Of a stretch of 64,000 nt of DNA, positions 60,651 to 64,000 are shown piece by piece (positions within the stretch are counted from its first letter, which is position 1; each line of letters opens with the position of its first letter). The DNA is from Candidatus Binatota bacterium (lineage in GTDB: Bacteria; Desulfobacterota; Binatia; UBA1149; CAITLU01). The notes below the pieces were generated by a model that was given only the letters and a program-made list of their open reading frames with translations, ran no database searches and had not been told where the DNA came from. The translations under genes were made by a program, and so were the position numbers. The DNA lies in assembly GCA_024276575.1 (NCBI GenBank), contig JAJRWY010000312.1:1161-65160 (forward strand), given 5' to 3'.

Positions 60651-61357
60651 CGCGTTCCCGTTTCCGCAGCCAGCGGCAGCAGTACCGCAGAGGTCAACTC
60701 TACTGCGGGACCTTCTTCCGCCGTTACCGCAACGGTAGTTTCGACCAGGGCCGGTGCAATATCTTTGTCGGCTCCGGGGCCTACCGAATCCCACTGCTCG
60801 AGCCACCGCTTGCGGTTGTAGAAACGAAGACTGAGTTCCGTTACCGAATCATCGAGCAACACACCCGGTGTCTCCTCAAAATCCACTTCTTCCCGCAACG
60901 GAGGCCGGATTTCGTAGCGCCATAGTTGGGTCCGGTCTTGAATTCTATAGACGACGCGGACCTGGTCGCCCCTGGCCGGACCGGCCCAGGACGCCTCGAT
61001 AGGAGCTTCGGGCGAAGGCACACCGCGTGCCGAGAGGCAGGTAAAATCCAGTACAGTGGCGCTATCGGAAGATAGTTCGAAGCGGTCCGGACCTGGGTAG
61101 AAGAATCGTTTGAGATCCCTGTTGTAATCCTGGGTCATGAAAGAAGCCCGCAGGTCTCTTTCGATGATGTCGATCAACGTACGTGCCCTCGAGTAGGCTT
61201 CGCTACGTTGGCCGACGTATCTGCGCGTGGAAACCGTGCGTGTGAAGGTGCCGTAGAGTCCGGCCGCGAGTAGTGCGAAGATCGCCATGGCTACGGTGAG
61301 TTCGAGCAAGGTCATGCCCCGTTGCCGCTGCTCGGCGCTGTAGGCTACGGCAGCCAT
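60647..61357 (-). CDS. gspJ: Type II secretion minor pseudopilin J
   Basis: ATG 61357. Prepilin N-terminus QRGMTLLELTVAMAIFALLAAGL. Confidence 0.8.
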   Translation of the reverse strand: MAAVAYSAEQRQRGMTLLELTVAMAIFALLAAGLYGTFTRTVSTRRYVGQRSEAYSRARTLIDIIERDLRASFMTQDYNRDLKRFFYPGPDRFELSSDSATVLDFTCLSARGVPSPEAPIEASWAGPARGDQVRVVYRIQDRTQLWRYEIRPPLREEVDFEETPGVLLDDSVTELSLRFYNRKRWLEQWDSVGPGADKDIAPALVETTVAVTAEEGPAVELTSAVLLPLAAETGTR

Positions 61358-61767
61358 CAATAGGACTGTTGCCTCATCACAACGGCCATGGTCGCCAGCA
61401 CTTGCGGGTCGCCGCTTCTCGATACACTTACCCGCACGCGCCGTAGCGTTTCGATGGCAGTGGGCATGACTTCGCGTGTCCATACGAAATCTTCACTGCC
61501 GGCTCCTCCGTAGCGAAGGTCCGAGGTCCCGAAGAGATCCTTGTCGCTGCTGAAGCGCCCGTGTTCAATACCGAGTTCCGGATACTCGTCTACTCGCGTC
61601 ATTGTGATCAAATGAGAGGCCAGCAAGCCGGCGCGGGTCAAGTCCAGTGTTTCGGCACTGAGCCTTATGTTGCGAGCGTGCAAGCCCAGCAGGCTTACGA
61701 TTGCGATTCCCAACAGCGCGGTTGCGATCAGAACCTCGAGCAGCGTAAACCCACGGCGATCAGCCAT
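61357..61767 (-). CDS. gspI: Type II secretion minor pseudopilin I
   Basis: MADRRGFTLLEVLIATALLGIAIVSL prepilin N-terminus, 136 aa. Confidence 0.8.
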   Translation of the reverse strand: MADRRGFTLLEVLIATALLGIAIVSLLGLHARNIRLSAETLDLTRAGLLASHLITMTRVDEYPELGIEHGRFSSDKDLFGTSDLRYGGAGSEDFVWTREVMPTAIETLRRVRVSVSRSGDPQVLATMAVVMRQQSY

Positions 61768-62344
61768 TGCCGTTCTCCAGGCCGGAGACTGTCACTTTCC
61801 CGTTCATCATGTTTATCGCGATGTGTTTGCGTTCACCGTTATCGGCCACCACGTCGAAGCTCCACTCGCCGAAGCCGCCTTCGGGTAGGAAGTAGAGATC
61901 GGCCAAGCCGCTATAGCTCGTCCCTTCCGCACCGGCGAAAGAGTCGAATTCGACCCCCGCCGGGAACTGCAGCGGTTCTGAGTATGGGTCCCATACTTGA
62001 CGAAATCCAGGATCCTCGCCGACGCTGGAGTCGCTATCTGCCGGCTCGGCGGAAGCCGTCCGGTCCTGTTGCCCGGTTTGCTCGAAAGGAAGGAATACAC
62101 TTACCGTATAGAAGTCGCGATCGAGATCCGCCCGCAGCCTATAGACCCGGCCGCGAAGCGCCGCCTCGTCGTAGAGATAAGAGATCTGTGCAGCTAGGCG
62201 CCGGGTGGTGGACTTGAGCCGCGAAGAACCGAGTTCCGGAAAACGCGGCGCGACCACCGACAAAAGAATGCCGATTATCACGATGACTAGGGTCACCTCT
62301 ATCAGGGTAAACCCCGCTCGTGGGTTACGGTTACATGCGGCCAT
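61760..62344 (-). CDS. gspH: Type II secretion minor pseudopilin H
   Basis: ATG 62344. PRAGFTLIEVTLVIVIIGILLSVVAPRF. Confidence 0.75.
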   Translation of the reverse strand: MAACNRNPRAGFTLIEVTLVIVIIGILLSVVAPRFPELGSSRLKSTTRRLAAQISYLYDEAALRGRVYRLRADLDRDFYTVSVFLPFEQTGQQDRTASAEPADSDSSVGEDPGFRQVWDPYSEPLQFPAGVEFDSFAGAEGTSYSGLADLYFLPEGGFGEWSFDVVADNGERKHIAINMMNGKVTVSGLENGNG

Positions 62345-62403
62345 ACCGGCTTTTTTCGATTCGTGATTGAGCGGCCGCGGGCCTGGCACTGAACTATCCT
62401 TGG

Positions 62404-62859
62404 CTAGAAATCTCGCGAGTCGATATCCGCGTCGAAATCTTCGCCCCCTTCTTCGCCGTCGGCACCGAGACTTCTGAGGACGTAAGTCTTTCCGTCACTT
62501 GCGAACAAGAATTCACCACCCCAGGGGTCGATGGGCACCCGCTCCATATAGCCGCCTTTGCGCCAGTTACGCGGCAGTGGCGCGATTTCCGGTTCGGTCA
62601 CCAAGGCTTCGAGCCCCTGGGCCGTGGTCGGGTATATGCCCGAGTCCAGCTTGTACATTTGCAGGCCTTCTTCCAGCGCGCGTATGTCGGCTTGCGCCTT
62701 TACCACCCTGGCTTCATCGGTCCGGCTTATGAAGCGAGGCGCAGCCAGAGATATAAGGAGTCCGAGAATCAGTACGACCACCAGGATCTCAATGAGCGTG
62801 AAGCCCGCTTCGCCTGTACGGCGGCCAGACCCGAACGGTAGCAACGTCTTTTTGTCCAT
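62404..62859 (-). CDS. gspG: Type II secretion major pseudopilin G
   Basis: ATG 62859. GEAGFTLIEILVVVLILGLLISLAAPRF, EARVVKAQADIRALEEGLQMYKLDSGIYPT, and DPWGGEF. Confidence 0.9.
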   Translation of the reverse strand: MDKKTLLPFGSGRRTGEAGFTLIEILVVVLILGLLISLAAPRFISRTDEARVVKAQADIRALEEGLQMYKLDSGIYPTTAQGLEALVTEPEIAPLPRNWRKGGYMERVPIDPWGGEFLFASDGKTYVLRSLGADGEEGGEDFDADIDSRDF

Positions 62860-62918
62860 GCGGCAAAAACCCCGGCGACAGGAAAATCTTGTGTAGCAAA
62901 AAAACACGATGGTAAATC

Positions 62919-64000
62919 CTAACGAACCAATTGGTTCATCTCAAAAACCGGAAGCATGATGGCGAGCAACACAAACAGAACCACTCCAGCCATCAGCACT
63001 ATCATCGCCGGTTCGGCCAGCCTTGCAAGTGTGTCGATCTGCTCCCCGACTTCTTCGTCGAGAGCTTCGGCCGCTTTGGCGAGCATTCCTTCGAGGTCGC
63101 CGCTACGCTCTCCGACCGCCAGCATGTCCACTATCATAGGGTGAAAAAGTGGGTTGCCTTCGAGGTGCTCAGCCAGTGACTCTCCTTCGGATACTGCCGT
63201 TTCTGCGCGTGCGAGCGCGTCATTGACCAGTAGGCTGCCCGAAGCGCTGCGGCTTATGCGTAAGGCGTCTACCAGGGTGAGGCCGCCCGAGACCATAGTG
63301 GATAAGGTTTGCGCGAATCGCGCTACCGCAAGGTCGCGGAACAGGCCACCCGCAACCGGTGTGGCCAGCAACAGGCTTTCGAAGCGGCGGCGCCCTTCGT
63401 CTCTGGACACCGCGACTCGAATTCCCGCCAGCAACGCCAGCAAGCCCAGGAACATGACCGCTCCGTAGTTGCCCACCGCCGAGCCTGCGGCCATCAACAT
63501 GCGCGTGGGTAGCGGCAACTGCTGGTTGGCTTCGGCAAAAACGCGGGTTACCTGTGGAACCACATAGGCGAGCAAAAACAGAACGATGCCACCGCCGACC
63601 AGGGACATGATGGCGGGGTATGTCATTGCCGCCCGTGCGCGCGACTGGAGCCGGGCGCTGGCTTCTGCGTGGTCGGCGATGCGTTCACACACGGAATCGA
63701 GAGCGCCGCTGGCCTCGCCGGCCTCGACCATTGCCACGTAGATTGCCGGGAACACTGACGGATGTCGCGCGAGCCCCGCGGCGAAGCTTTCACCTTCCAG
63801 TAGCCGTACGCGGATGTTGTCGAGTGCGGCTCCCAGGCGCGCTTCCACTCCGCGTTTGCGGATCGAAGCCACAGCCTCGACCAATGGTACACCGGCACGT
63901 AGCAGCGTCGCCAACTGCCGCATTGCCCGCGAGAGAACGCGTGGGGAGATGCGCCTCGAGAACAACGTCAATGGGTGGTTGAAGAGCGATCGATCGCTCT
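62919..64000 (-). CDS. gspF: Type II secretion inner-membrane platform protein F, 5'-truncated by the window edge
   Basis: Two GspF repeats (LSRAMRQLATLLRAGVPLVEA; LAVARFAQTLSTMVSGGLTLVDAL) and three TM segments. The frame remains open upstream of the TTG at 63971 to nt 64000. Confidence 0.88.
   Translation of the reverse strand, partial: SDRSLFNHPLTLFSRRISPRVLSRAMRQLATLLRAGVPLVEAVASIRKRGVEARLGAALDNIRVRLLEGESFAAGLARHPSVFPAIYVAMVEAGEASGALDSVCERIADHAEASARLQSRARAAMTYPAIMSLVGGGIVLFLLAYVVPQVTRVFAEANQQLPLPTRMLMAAGSAVGNYGAVMFLGLLALLAGIRVAVSRDEGRRRFESLLLATPVAGGLFRDLAVARFAQTLSTMVSGGLTLVDALRISRSASGSLLVNDALARAETAVSEGESLAEHLEGNPLFHPMIVDMLAVGERSGDLEGMLAKAAEALDEEVGEQIDTLARLAEPAMIVLMAGVVLFVLLAIMLPVFEMNQLVR

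Noticed and set aside
1-64000. Search for CRISPR arrays, IS elements, integrases, phage genes, toxin-antitoxin pairs, rRNA and tRNA
   Set aside because: No spaced direct-repeat arrays were seen, no transposase, recombinase or phage-like ORFs, and no intergenic region long or structured enough for rRNA or tRNA. The window looks like core chromosome rather than an accessory island.

Overview
This is a visibly GC-rich, gene-dense chromosomal segment of about 65 genes from a diderm (Gram-negative-type) bacterium; I cannot assign the lineage from sequence alone. Most of it is housekeeping. In order, the window contains: a 5'-truncated PBP1A, tsaD-rsmA-mutM, parts of a peptide-type ABC importer interrupted by yihY, and an MltD-like LysM transglycosylase. 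Next come a tetrapyrrole cluster (sirC, ccsA/hemX-like, hemA, hemC, cobA/hemD fusion, hemB), an M48 protease, hisC, a GldA/F/G-type ABC plus DUF4340 cluster, and polA. These are followed by an ECF sigma/anti-sigma module, a SAM-riboswitch-controlled sulfur-carrier operon, a Tyr phosphatase, bamD and two ArsA/Get3-like ATPases. The rest is the rplU-rpmA-obg-proB-proA-nadD-rsfS string, a DUF2064/HAD-like/cutA group, rlpA, yebC-ruvCAB, an NtrY-type kinase with an unusual partner, and a type II secretion operon (gspN back to gspF, running off the 3' edge). I saw no rRNA, tRNA, CRISPR array, transposase, integrase or prophage signal. The items most worth a second look are these. (1) A response-regulator receiver is fused to a catalytically intact LpxC and is translationally coupled to the NtrY-like kinase. 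(2) A textbook SAM-I riboswitch drives an E1 / ThrC-like / MoaD-like / CysM-like / NIL operon, which looks like a sulfur-carrier-protein route to homocysteine or cysteine. Its carrier ORF extends past its Gly-Gly, and a degenerate second E1-like gene sits at the operon end. (3) Three invariant-motif residues are each changed by a single base: PolA motif C HDE->HYE, ABC Walker A K->N, and L27 RQRGT->RQLGT. These are either real loss-of-function variants or base-call errors. Many long antisense ORFs in the track are typical high-GC artefacts and were rejected.
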